A stretch of DNA of 64,000 bases from assembly GCA_944384825.1 (NCBI GenBank), contig CALWUT010000021.1, positions 4,399-68,398 on the forward strand, read 5' to 3'. Origin of the DNA: an uncultured Clostridia bacterium. Lineage in GTDB: Bacteria > Bacillota > Clostridia > Oscillospirales > Acutalibacteraceae. Position numbers and translations under genes: made by a program. The number at the start of each line of letters is the position of its first letter. Within the stretch, counting starts at the first letter, position 1. Below, piece after piece: positions 7,581-18,097 of the stretch. The notes under the pieces were generated by a model. That model had not been told where the DNA came from. It saw nothing but the letters and a program-made list of their open reading frames with translations, and made no database searches.

Positions 7581-8823
7581 TTTTTATTTCACCTCCACTT
7601 TCGACATTCGTAATTTGGTTTGTATTTGGTGTATAGATTTCTTTAGTAACGGGATTAAATAACACGTCTTGAAGCCCCAGCTTTACAAAATTAAGTCCAA
7701 GCGGTTCAAGGTTTTCTAAATATCTGCACTCATCTATCTGCATCAGGTTTGATTCCAAAGCTGTTTTGTATGCTTCAAAACGTGTCTTGATATCGCCTTT
7801 GATGATTTCTTTTGTGTCAAAGGCAAAATATAAGGACTTCTTTTCTTTTTCAAGAAGTAAGTCCCGATTTAAAGCACATTCAATTGCGGTTAATATGGGC
7901 ATAATGGCAGTTTTTATAAATGTTTCCCAATTAAAATCTATTGGTACTCCAAAGACGTCTAAAATTGAGTTGCTAAGAGAAGTTTTGTTTTCATTTAGCT
8001 GCATTTCGGTTGAGGTACTGCTTGCCTCCTTAAAATCAAGATTATCGTTTAAAACAATCACGTTGTTTTCCGTATTGCAGTAAAGTTCTTGCCACGCTCG
8101 TTTTAAGTTGTCCATTGATTCTTTTGTAATTTTTTTCTCAGCTTTTATGAACCCTTTTTTGCTCCCGCCTGTTGAAACAAGATTTTGCTCAAATTTTAAT
8201 GTCAGATAAGAAGTCTTTAAAAGTTCTCTATTTTCCTCAATGATTCCTACTCCTTGTGCTCCGTTGGTGGTTGACCTCAAAACCTTTAAAAATTCAAATG
8301 GTTTGTACGTTTTTTCCACAAACTATAATGTTGTAATCCTTAAAAATTGGGTCGGAATTTTTACTTATCATTACATTTCCGCAATCTACATAATTGAGCG
8401 ATTTCACAATATTTCTTCGCTTGTTAATAAACACATAAGCTTTTCCTTCAAGCAAGTAATCTCTTACTATTGCTTTTTTAAGCTGCACACCGTCAAGCGT
8501 GTCTTTCGTGTGTCATTTAAGAGGTCGCATCGTGAATCAGGGATTTCAGTCGTTTTTCTTTTTCCGTCGCCACGTTCGCTTTGTTCGCATGGTGAACCCA
8601 TTCGGGCTGACGACTTCGTCGCCATAAATTCTTCTTTGTAAAGTTTTATCGGAATCATGGAAACGGTATCTGAAATCAAATTCACGCACCTTGCCACCGC
8701 CGGAATGTTGAGAGCCTCAGTTTTGCCAATCGTATTTTCACTTAAAATGCTTTTGAGCAATAAGTCATCAGTTATATTCTGATTGGTTTCCATACTTCTT
8801 TTCTTAAAGTTAAATAATTTCAT
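7558..8823 (-). pseudogene. phage portal protein (HK97 family), two frameshifts
   Basis: Three consecutive ORFs (8467-8823, 8294-8488, 7558-8319) in frames 1, 2, 1. Together they read as one portal protein (...ALNIPAVARCVNLISDTVSMIPIKLYKEE... LKKAIVRDYLLEGKAYVF... PFEFLKVLRS...). Confidence 0.8.
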
Positions 8824-8838
8824 ATTTCACCTCTTTCT

Positions 8839-10524
8839 TCAATACTGCACTGTCCAACCACTGTCATCAAAAATAATGTCCTGCTGCAGGAGATAAATTG
8901 CGTTAATCAGTGCGATCACCATATCCACTTTTCCGCTTGATTTTTTCTTAGTTACATACCGATTCATGTTAGTATCGTAAGTACACCTTGCATTTTCAAA
9001 ATTGATTTCAAACAAAGTGTTATTTTCATATTCAAACTCCTCATTTGTTATTTTCTCAGACAAAAGTTTTGTTGGCGGGTGGAGTGTATCGCTGTGCTGC
9101 CGAATCTCTACTGTATTATATTTTTGATTCCATTTCTGAGCACTTGAAATTGCGTTATAGCGGTCAAACCCTATTGCTTTGACTGTCACGTTGTACTTTT
9201 CCTCAATTTTAAAGACAAAATCTTCAACCACACCATAATCAATAGTTTTGTTGTCACAAGCTATGCATTTTCTATCATTAATAAATCTTCTGTAATCAAT
9301 TTTCTCAAATTTATTTTTCTCATCAATTCGGCCTTCGGGTATAAAACAAATAACGTCAGTGAGGATTTTGCCATCTTCTTCGGCACATATCGCAACTGCT
9401 GTATTATCGTTACTCATTGACAAATCAACCCCAACATAGACCTCACGACCTGCCCAATCAATTTTATTTACCCTGCAATTTTGTAAATCTTTGATGTCGA
9501 TAAAACTTTCTGTTCCGGCACCTTGATATATGATATTGCAGTGCTTAGTCAAAAAGTTTTCTCTCGCCGATTCAACCGTTATCGCCCTTGCTCTCTTTTT
9601 TATTAAATCTTCCCATATTTCGGGAATTTCTAAAGCTACGGGGTTTGCGTGTTTTAAAATCATGTCATCGGGTACCCAATTTTCTGTATCATCGGGCTCA
9701 TATAAAAGAGAAAAGGCAGTTTCGTCATCTTGAACTCCATCTAAAACTTTTTTGGCATAATTTACTTCATCTTCAAATGGATTGTTTGCATTTGGATATT
9801 TAGTTGAAATTATGCAGCCAAGCTTGTTTAAAATGTTAGGCTGCCCCGACCGCATGGCTTCTATTGCATAACTATTTGGTAAAGCTCCAACTTCATCAGC
9901 TAAAAATACATTCGGGAGCTTTCCATCCATTCGGGAATTACTGTAATTTAGCGGAATATACTTGCTGTCAAGCAAAGAAAATTCTATATAATCACGCAAT
10001 ATTTTAAATCTCGGTACTGTGTTTCTGTAATAAATAATCGGGCTTGATTTTAGTATTTATTCAATTGCTGTTTTAACTTCTCTTGATAAAGCTCCGTCAG
10101 GGGCAACCGAATAAAATTTAGAGAATTTCGGCTCTAATAAAAATAAGAGTATAAAAACCGTTGCAATTGTAAAGGTTTTAAAATTCTTTCTGCCGACTTC
10201 CAAAATCACGGTTTCATACCTTCGTTTTTGAGGATTCTCCCTGTAAACAATGCAGAGTGCCGATGCATACAAGATCCACTGATACCCGCATGAGCACTCA
10301 TAAATGCTTTGTCCTGCTTTTAGACCTCTCGGCATGACAAGTAGCTTTAAAATGCTGTCAATTTTACTTAGTTTTTCTTCATCAATAAAATATTTGTCTG
10401 ATTTTCCGTCGCAAATCTCTATAAATTTTTCGCATTGTTTTATGACGTATCGGGGAGCAGGAATTTCACGATTTATCACACCTTTCGCATATTTATAACT
10501 TCTGTGTTCTTCAATCTTTATCAC
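8839..10524 (-). pseudogene. terL: terminase large subunit interrupted by one in-frame TAA
   Basis: ORFs 10057-10524 and 8839-9999 share one frame. The reading is ...EVKTAIE-TAA-ILKSSPIIYYRNTVPRFKILRDYIEF.... TAA lies at 10057-10059. The nuclease half (VYVGVDLSMSNDNTAV) is present. Confidence 0.8.
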
Positions 10525-10566
10525 CCCTAATTTAAAAATTGTTAATTGTTCTTTGTTATTTGTTCA

Positions 10567-10920
10567 TTAAATTTTACCTTGTAAAATTTGTAAAAGTGGG
10601 TCAGGTTCGTCTCCGTCTTGGCGGTCTCGAAGCGTTGTGATTATCTTCATAAGTGTTACGACTGTCTTATTTGCACTGTCAGTTGTTCGGTTATAGTCAG
10701 AAATAGCTGGATGAGAATACACATTTTTTCTGCCTTTGACATATTCCTTTGTCACTAGGATTCCATCTTGCTTAATGGTTTTTTCCAAGTCATTAAGTAT
10801 CTGAAGCTGTACTTGATATCGTTTATAAGTCGTAAGAAAAAAGAAATTTTGCTCTACATCGTGTTTTTCGGCAATTCGCAAAATTTCCTGTGCTTGTTCG
10901 TTTAATGATATTTTATTCAT
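10567..10920 (-). CDS. terminase small subunit (P27 family)
   Basis: 117 aa. YKRYQVQLQILNDLEKTIKQDGILVTKEYVKGRKNVYSHPAISDYNR is typical of the P27 family. Immediately upstream of terL. Confidence 0.7.
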   Translation of the reverse strand: MNKISLNEQAQEILRIAEKHDVEQNFFFLTTYKRYQVQLQILNDLEKTIKQDGILVTKEYVKGRKNVYSHPAISDYNRTTDSANKTVVTLMKIITTLRDRQDGDEPDPLLQILQGKI

Positions 10921-12203
10921 GTCCTTGTCCTTCTTTTATTTTTACCGCTGTTTTTCCTGTAAGTTTTTCCCACATACCTATAATTACATCAACATATTTA
11001 GGTTCAAGCTCCATCATATAGAACTTTCTATTTAACTTTTCACAAACAATAAGTGTTGTACCTGTACCACCAAATGGGTCTAACACGCTTTCTGTCGAAA
11101 AATTTTCCACAAAGTAACTCGCCAATTCCATCGGGAATGTAGCATTATGTATGTCGTGATATTTATTCCTTGTCTGCTTTTGAAAATGTATTATGTTTTT
11201 TAAGGTTCCTCTAAACTGTTTTGTTCCAATGGCACGATTCTCTTTTGAACTGAAAACATGGATATATTCAAATTCGCTGTTTAAAACATTCTCAGCCATA
11301 GAGGGTTGCGACAACATTTTATTCCAAATAATTGTGTCGGCATAAATGCCTTGATTTTTATATAGCAAATCTATTAATGCAATTTTGTTATTACTTATAG
11401 ATTGAATATTCATAAATGAATATTTGCTAAAAATCATCGTATGGTGTAAATATTCATTAAGAAAATTTAAATATTGCTCAGTAGTTTTATTGTCGTCATT
11501 TCCATTGTATTTTGTTGTTTTTGCATTTTAGATTCTGTTGGAGTTTTGCCCGCATTATAAGGTGGAGAAGTAAAAGTAATGTCAGCAATTTTATCGTTCA
11601 TAAGTTTTTTATGTCATCTATATCTGTGCTATCGCCACACATCAAGCGATGATTTCCAAGTTTATAAATATCGCCTAATTTTGCTTTAGGCTTTTCAGGA
11701 ACATCAGGAATCTCATCTTCAACTAGTTCTTGATGGTTTTCATCTTTAAAATCTAATTTTTCAAAACCAAAATCTGACATATCAAAATTGACTATACTAT
11801 CAAGCTCTAAATTCAGCGTATCAAAGTCAAATTCCGTGTTCATTGTAAGTTTATTGTGAGCCAAAATATATGCCTTTTTCTGTTGTTCGTTCAGATGTGT
11901 CAGCCTGATAAGTTCAACTTCTTTAAAATCAAGCTGTTTTAATGCTTCCAATCTTCCATGTCCCTCGATTATTACATTGTTTTCATCAATCGCAATTGGG
12001 TCATTTTTTCCAAATTCTTCAATTGATTTTTTAATCTGTTCAATTTGTTCAGTTGGGTGAAGCTTCGCATTGTTTTCATACGGTTTAATTTCTTCTATAC
12101 TTATTTTTTCTATTTTCACATCTTTGCTCCTTTTCAAAAAATTCACATTTAGTACATTCGGTGTAAATGTAGTGGCGCTGTCGGTGTTAAGCGTTTTTAT
12201 CAA
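10913..12203 (-). pseudogene. ParB-like nuclease domain / DNA methyltransferase fusion, two frameshifts
   Basis: N-terminal part is ParB-like (PYENNAKLHP...IIEGHGRLEAL). Frameshift at the A6/T6 run near 11605-11610. Middle frame carries ADITFTSPPYNAG (motif IV). Second shift near 11525. C-terminal part carries VLDPFGGTGTT (motif I). Confidence 0.75.
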
Positions 12204-12491
12204 AAAATGTTTTGAGTGGTGGGAGATAACAAAAAATCCCTTGGTTAAATTTTCACCAAGAGATTCAAAATCATTGTTTTATTTAAAACTATGTGTTAAG
12301 TTCATGGTACGCTTTGCGATTTTCCTTAATTGATTGCAATATATGCTCTCTAGCATCTTCATATGCATCAGGTATATCTTTTATTTTTATTTTTTGGTGT
12401 GTTTTATCTGATTCGAAATATAATTGATATAATCGTTTATCTAAGGATTGTATTGTTCCTTTGTCATTATTTAAAATAGTGTAATCTTGAG

Positions 12492-13763
12492 TTAATTCTT
12501 TTTTTTCTCCAACATATTAAGAAGGTTAGCAAATTTTTGTTTTTTAATTGTGATTTGGTCTTTAACTATTTTTTTAGCGTTCTCACTCAATTTATTTAGC
12601 ACACCAACCAAATTTAAGTATGATTTGCTTTCACTATTCCCTAAAATGTCACGCGTTATATCAGCTTTACCAGTTATAAGCCAATCAGCTTGTCGCATAC
12701 CACCTTTATGATATATTTTTTTATTTCCAGGCGAAGATTTTGCAGGGGTATAGTATGCATTTCTATCTTCTACAAACAAATTACCAAACTCTTCAGAAAA
12801 TTCTTCGGATTTTCCAACAAACACTACTTGAAAAGGATTTACACACCCTTTTCCTATAAGTCTCTCAACTTTTTCAATAGATTTTCTTTCCCATTTTCCA
12901 AGTGTTGGATTTCTAACTTGACTTGATTCTGCAAAAAGCAAGCATCCGCACAGCACCGCTGCACTCGACAATTCGTCTGGCGATAGCTTACTTCTATTGA
13001 CAAAGCCATAAATTTTTAAGCTATTTAACACTGTTTGAGTGTCTTCGACAATATTACTAAATTTAACTTTTTGATTTATATATTTTTTTATACACGAAAT
13101 GAAATTATTGCGTTCAGTCTCACCTAGTTTACTTAAAGCATTATCCAAATTTGTTGCCATTGTAGTGTAAGGCAAATCCTCTTTATCTCCATATTCGGCG
13201 GAAATCATCCTCGTTTGATAGCCATTTTGAAATTTACAATTTATTCTAATTTCGCCAAATGGAGTATCGCAAAAATAATTTTTGTTAGTGGTTTCATTAA
13301 TAGCACTCATTTTTTCTGTTGAACTTAAAATTTCTGCAAGTCTGACGTATTCTTTTTCATTGCCGAATCTTCTTGATTTAACTCTTAACTCAAACTTTTT
13401 TTGTTCTTTTGCCAATTCAGCAACTTTTAAGGCACCCAAATATTCTTTTATCTGATTTTCCGTTAATTTTTTTTTACCGTAATTTGTTTTGTCTAAAATT
13501 TGTTGGCAAATCTTCCCTACAACTTTTAATGCTTTATAATTGGAATACATTTTAATTAGTGCTATTTCTTTATTTTTGATATTCGAAGATTTATGAAATT
13601 TATCGATATAAAGTTTCCACAGTTTTTTTGCTTCCTTTGATATTTCTATATTTGAGTGTTCGAGATATTTTTCAATCACATCTCCTGTAGAAGCTAACTT
13701 ACACAGTTTAGAAGACAGTTCTTGTTTTATAGCAGTTATTTCTTTATTTGTATCGAAACTCAT
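12492..13763 (-). CDS. hypothetical protein (423 aa), no recognisable family
   Basis: Long ORF with RBS AAAGGAGAT. K/E/N-rich. Ends right after an A8 tract (T8 at 12499-12506 on +). Another frame stays open for ~70 more codons, to 12289. Confidence 0.6.
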   Translation of the reverse strand: MSFDTNKEITAIKQELSSKLCKLASTGDVIEKYLEHSNIEISKEAKKLWKLYIDKFHKSSNIKNKEIALIKMYSNYKALKVVGKICQQILDKTNYGKKKLTENQIKEYLGALKVAELAKEQKKFELRVKSRRFGNEKEYVRLAEILSSTEKMSAINETTNKNYFCDTPFGEIRINCKFQNGYQTRMISAEYGDKEDLPYTTMATNLDNALSKLGETERNNFISCIKKYINQKVKFSNIVEDTQTVLNSLKIYGFVNRSKLSPDELSSAAVLCGCLLFAESSQVRNPTLGKWERKSIEKVERLIGKGCVNPFQVVFVGKSEEFSEEFGNLFVEDRNAYYTPAKSSPGNKKIYHKGGMRQADWLITGKADITRDILGNSESKSYLNLVGVLNKLSENAKKIVKDQITIKKQKFANLLNMLEKKKN

Positions 13764-13867
13764 TTTTTAAATCTCCTTTTAAAAATTTAATTTTGTATTG
13801 ATTTTATTATAAAATTATGTTCTAATTAATATTAAATAATATTAAAAGTATAGTTAGGAGTTTTACA

Positions 13868-14338
13868 ATGAATAAAAAAACGAAATTTGTAGTAGCAACA
13901 GCAATTTTATTATCTGCCTTTTTCCACCAACAATCTTCTGCTATGCCAATCCCCATAATATGTGATACTTACAATATGGAATTTAAAGTCGAGGGGTTAT
14001 CACCAAGCTTTTTTCACAATAGAAGAAATGATTTAAAAGTACTCATGGGCAAAACTATTGACTCGGAAAGTGAATTGTTTAGGTCTCTCAAATCCTTAGA
14101 TAGTGAATATAATAAACATTATTGGGAAGCCAAAATCTTGGGTGAAAAATTATTTGATTCAGCTATGCAAAAAGATACAGCAGAACTTTGGAGACAAAAA
14201 GATTGTGTAAATTTCGATTTTGACCAATACATAAGAAAAGAAACTGATAAACCAAAATTAGATGCTTTGTGGAAGAACGTCTATGAAATAGAATCTAAAA
14301 TGAAAAAACTGATTCTGTCTTACTTTGGTTTAGCATAA
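13868..14338 (+). CDS. hypothetical secreted protein (156 aa)
   Basis: TAGGAG RBS. N-terminal signal peptide MNKKTKFVVATAILLSAFFHQQSSA. Divergent from the 423-aa gene and on the opposite strand to the phage genes. Confidence 0.6.
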   Translation: MNKKTKFVVATAILLSAFFHQQSSAMPIPIICDTYNMEFKVEGLSPSFFHNRRNDLKVLMGKTIDSESELFRSLKSLDSEYNKHYWEAKILGEKLFDSAMQKDTAELWRQKDCVNFDFDQYIRKETDKPKLDALWKNVYEIESKMKKLILSYFGLA

Positions 14339-14387
14339 ATCATTAATAGGTATATGATACTATATCATTAATTAAAATTCAAGTTTT

Positions 14388-14753
14388 TTATGAATTTTGT
14401 TTGTTAATAATTTGTTTAACTTCGTTAAGTGTTATTTTTCCGCTGTCGCAAAGCCTGTGATGATAGCTACAAAGCGTTATTAAGTTGCTCCTATCAAGTG
14501 CCAATTTTTTGTTTTGCTCAATCGAAACGGCGTGGTGAACTTGCAATCCTTTAGAATTATATTTTCGCTTTGTGTTATACATCTCTCGAATACAAATTTG
14601 ACAAAGATAATTATCACGCTCCTTAATATGCTTTCTTTTCTTTTGCCACTTTGGGCTGTTTCTAAATCTAACAATATCGTCTGTCTTTTTCTTTTTGACA
14701 GGCTTCTTGTCGCATTTATAATTTTCGTCGTGTATTTTGCCACAGTATTTGCA
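14388..14753 (-). CDS. HNH endonuclease (start codon unclear, possibly inactivated)
   Basis: The stop-to-stop frame reads CKYCGKIHDENYKCDKK...ERDNYLCQICIREMYNTKRKYNSKGLQVHHAVSIEQNKKLALDRSNLITLCSYHHRLCD (HNH motif). The only nearby ATG (14752-14754) is in another frame. Confidence 0.65.
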   Translation of the reverse strand, partial: CKYCGKIHDENYKCDKKPVKKKKTDDIVRFRNSPKWQKKRKHIKERDNYLCQICIREMYNTKRKYNSKGLQVHHAVSIEQNKKLALDRSNLITLCSYHHRLCDSGKITLNEVKQIINKQNS

Positions 14754-14796
14754 TTATTTTTGGATTTTAAACCCTCCTTCTAAATACAAAAATAGA

Positions 14797-14815
14797 GTGT
14801 CTGAATTTCAGACAC
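14797..14815 (-). terminator. hairpin between the late-regulator and HNH genes
   Basis: Perfect palindrome gtgtctgaa-t-ttcagacac, followed on the minus strand by a T-rich run. Confidence 0.45.
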
Positions 14816-14871
14816 CCATACGAGAAAGGCTATAAGATATTATCTTACACTATTATTTTAGCACATAACAG

Positions 14872-15285
14872 TCAGGAATTTCGGGAAAGTTTCAAAAAGC
14901 GATTGTGTTTCTTCCGTTCAGTGCTTCCATCCCCTAAGATCCCCATGATTTCTGCTATTTGTTGCCAACTTAAACCCTGTGAGTACCTAAGTGTTAATAT
15001 TATTCTCATCTCACTGTCATCTACGCTTTGAATGTATCTGTCAAGACGATTTAATTCATAAAAACACTTTTTTAGATTTAAGTCTAAAAGACTTTTTAAA
15101 TCAGCTATCTGAGCGGCATAGTTCCCAATTTTATCATTGATACCTGTTCCATGTGGAAGTCCTGTTATTTTTGCAGTACAAGACATTGCTATTGTTTCAA
15201 GCTCTTCAAACCTTCGTTGTTGTTCTTTGATTTCTTTTTTTAAATAGTAAAGCTGTGATAGTTCCTTCTTTGTCATAAGCTTCAC
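14872..15285 (-). CDS. phage late-transcription regulator, sigma-70 region-4-like (DUF1492/ArpU-RinA type)
   Basis: 137 aa. LSQLYYLKKEIKEQQRRFEELE...ITGLPHG...MRIILTLRYSQGLSWQQIAEIMG matches the pattern of small phage sigma-like activators. Confidence 0.6.
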   Translation of the reverse strand: MKLMTKKELSQLYYLKKEIKEQQRRFEELETIAMSCTAKITGLPHGTGINDKIGNYAAQIADLKSLLDLNLKKCFYELNRLDRYIQSVDDSEMRIILTLRYSQGLSWQQIAEIMGILGDGSTERKKHNRFLKLSRNS

Positions 15286-15309
15286 TTCCTTATATACTTT
15301 TAAGAAGAA

Positions 15310-15591
15310 TTAAGAGCTTATTGCCAATCCGTCCATAAACTCTTTTTTCCAGTTATCAAATTTTTTGCACTCATCTTTGTACCTTTCATCAGAATTGCCA
15401 AGCAAATAGTCGGTTGTTGTATCAAAGAAATTTGCAAGTTTGCACACCATATCATAGCTAGGTCGATTTTTCCCATTCTCCCATTTAGTGTATTTAGAAC
15501 TTTCTACACCTAAACTCAGTGCACACTGCTTTTGACTGATTCCTTTTTCTTTTCGGAGCTTTGAAAGTCTTGCCGAAAACATAACATACAT
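15310..15591 (-). CDS. XRE-family helix-turn-helix regulator
   Basis: LSKLRKEKGISQKQCALSLGVESSKYTKWENGKNRPSYDMVCKLANFFDTTTDYLLG is a classic Cro/C1 HTH. Confidence 0.75.
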   Translation of the reverse strand: MYVMFSARLSKLRKEKGISQKQCALSLGVESSKYTKWENGKNRPSYDMVCKLANFFDTTTDYLLGNSDERYKDECKKFDNWKKEFMDGLAISS

Positions 15592-15598
15592 CTCCTTT

Positions 15599-15826
15599 TT
15601 AAATTTGGTCTCTTGTCAGGACTTTTTCAAGCGGAACAATTATGACCGACCTTTTACAAACCGTATCTTGCAACTCAGCTTGATAGTAAAAATGACTTTT
15701 CTTATCAAGCCTTAAAATACAAGCACTTAAATAAAAATCTTTAATACTGCATCCTTGAACATCCATTTGCCCTGTATCGTAATAAACAATTTTCCCCATA
15801 AATCTTTTAACGAGTTTTATATCCAT
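15599..15826 (-). CDS. hypothetical phage protein
   Basis: ORF with a plausible start at MDIKLVKRF (15826). No family recognised. Confidence 0.4.
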   Translation of the reverse strand: MDIKLVKRFMGKIVYYDTGQMDVQGCSIKDFYLSACILRLDKKSHFYYQAELQDTVCKRSVIIVPLEKVLTRDQI

Positions 15827-15889
15827 ATAATTTTCATCCTTTCTGATATTTGTCAGGTGCGTGAGGCAAAACTGACGTTTCCACAATTT

Positions 15890-17290
15890 TTATACGCGAA
15901 ATGCTCCACCGCTAGGTGGTCTCCAATCTCTTTTCACTTTTGATTCTTCATACTTTCTATCCAGTTCTAAAAAAGTCATATAATTTCCATTAAAATTCAT
16001 CATCACAATACCTGAACTCCCACGTCTGTTAAGTGCTACGTCTACACCAATTGTTTTTGACTGAACCACTCCGAGTTCGTTAAAATTCTTCTCTATGCAC
16101 CACATTAAAATCAGTTTTGAACAGTTCTGCTCGATTTCTCCGCTATCTCTCAAATCGCATGGTGATGGTATTTTTTCTTCATCGTTAGTACGATTGAGCT
16201 GTGATAAACATAAAATCGGAACAGAAAGTTCAGACGCTAAAATCCTGAGTTCTCGGCTTATTGCTCCAACTTATTGATTGCGGTTATCATGCTTTTTAGT
16301 AGACTTCATGAGTTGCAAGTAATCAACAACTATAAGCCCTAAGTTTTTAATCATCCGGCACTGAGTCCTAATTTCATTTACTGAAATATTAGGCTTATCA
16401 TTGATTTTTAGAGGTAAAATTTTTAAATCCGTCATTACTTTTTCGATTCTTGATAATTCCTCATCTCTTATAGTCTGAGATCTTTTTTTATCGTTGAATC
16501 GTCTGTCAATGAGCGTATTCATCGGAATTTTTGCTATGCTTGAAAGCAATCTTCCGTAAATTTCAGAGCTTTCCATTTCCATACTGTAAAAAGCAACTGT
16601 TTTGTCTAACTTTGCCACATTCAGGGCTAGCGATAGGGCAAAAGCTGTTTTACCTATTTTGGGGCGAGCTGCCAAAATTATAAGATTGCCCGCTGACATT
16701 CCCTTCAAAATTTCATCAAGTTTAGAAAACCCTGTATAAGAGCGATTTTCTAAATCTTTGTCAGTATTTCTGTAACTTTCTAAAACCTGACATCCAATGT
16801 TATCTATGCTTTGAAGTTGCTTTTTGCATTGCTCGGAAAGTAAATCATAAAGCTCTCCCATAACTTCATCGGCGACTTCATTTGCGTTTTCTGCGTGAGC
16901 ACCGTCAAAAGTAAGTTTCATTCCGATTTGCTGAAGTTTTCTTGCTTTTGAGCTGTCAATTACAGTCTCGGCATAATTTTTGATTTGAATGATAGACGGA
17001 ACAAGCTCGGCACAGTCAAGCAGCAACCTCTTAGTTTGTACTTCATCATAATTCCCTTTAGCTGTGAGCTTTTTCAGTACCGAAACAAAATCAATGTGTT
17101 TCCCTTCACTCGATAGCTCCAAAATTGCTCTGTAGCAGTCTTTCAGATTATCAAAATAAAAATGCTCCGGCTTTAATGTGTCTATCACATTTACCAAAGC
17201 TCTCTCATCAATTAATATAGAACCGACAACGCACATTTCAGCACTTTGTGCTATTTCATTGTATGTTTCCATTTTAACCTCCGTTCCCAT
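15890..17290 (-). pseudogene. dnaB: DnaB-type replicative helicase interrupted by one in-frame TAA
   Basis: ORFs 16271-17290 and 15890-16153 share one frame. The reading is ...VVDYLQLMKSTKKHDNRNQ-TAA-VGAISRELRILASELSVPILCLSQLNRTNDEE...DLRDSGEIEQ. Walker A ARPKIGKT is present. TAA at 16271-16273. Confidence 0.8.
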
Positions 17291-17358
17291 GAATTCTTAT
17301 TCGCGTGCGATAATCTTTAAATTTTTATAAGGCTTAAAACGCGAATTACCAGCGGGTG

Positions 17359-18084
17359 TTACCCGCCCATTCGCATCCTGAGCTGTTGATATTTTTCTCT
17401 GAGTTTCTTGCCGGACAAAATATTGCTTCGCCAAAAGCTATCTTTTTGACACCACTCTATAACTTCAGCAATATCATCAGCATCAATTTTGTCCCTGCGA
17501 ATCATCAAGTCGAAATCTTTAGCCCAACGCTGACGTTGCGATTCGCTCTGCGGAAACTTTGGATTGTTTTCTGCAATATTCTTTTCTAAAAATCGAGCCA
17601 GCAAATATGGGTCGCTGTCAGCTCCAAAAATTTTCCTGTTACGAGCTCTGTTGTCGTTGATTTTTGTCCTTTCAAAAATCTGCGACGAAGATATATTATT
17701 AATTGTATTATTCTCTGCGAAGTTTTCTTCGTGGGGTTCAGGAACTTTTTTTCGTGAGGGTATGGAAGTTTTCATCAGGTGGGTATCGAAATTTGCTTCC
17801 ACCTTCAAACATCTCATTTTGACTTTCTGATTGCTGTTATCAAGAACAAATTCTGCTGAAATATATCCAGCATCGCAGAGTGATTTTATCCAAGTTGAAA
17901 TTGTCCGTTTGCTTACAGAATAAAGACGACTGAAATAGTCATTAATTGCCCAGCAGTAGCCTTTCTCATTGCAAAGTGCCGTTATTTCACCATAAAGAAG
18001 TTTAGCACTCGGAACAACATTACTATCATATCTGACAGTCGCCGGAATTACTGTATAATATGATTTTTTAATATCCGAATTCAT
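17359..18084 (-). CDS. phage replication initiator / replisome organiser with N-terminal HTH
   Basis: 241 aa. AKLLYGEITALCNEKGYCWAINDYFSRLYSVSKRTISTWIKSLCDAGYI is a winged-helix pattern. Sits upstream of dnaB. Confidence 0.55.
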   Translation of the reverse strand: MNSDIKKSYYTVIPATVRYDSNVVPSAKLLYGEITALCNEKGYCWAINDYFSRLYSVSKRTISTWIKSLCDAGYISAEFVLDNSNQKVKMRCLKVEANFDTHLMKTSIPSRKKVPEPHEENFAENNTINNISSSQIFERTKINDNRARNRKIFGADSDPYLLARFLEKNIAENNPKFPQSESQRQRWAKDFDLMIRRDKIDADDIAEVIEWCQKDSFWRSNILSGKKLREKYQQLRMRMGG

Positions 18085-18097
18085 TTAAAATCCCCCT

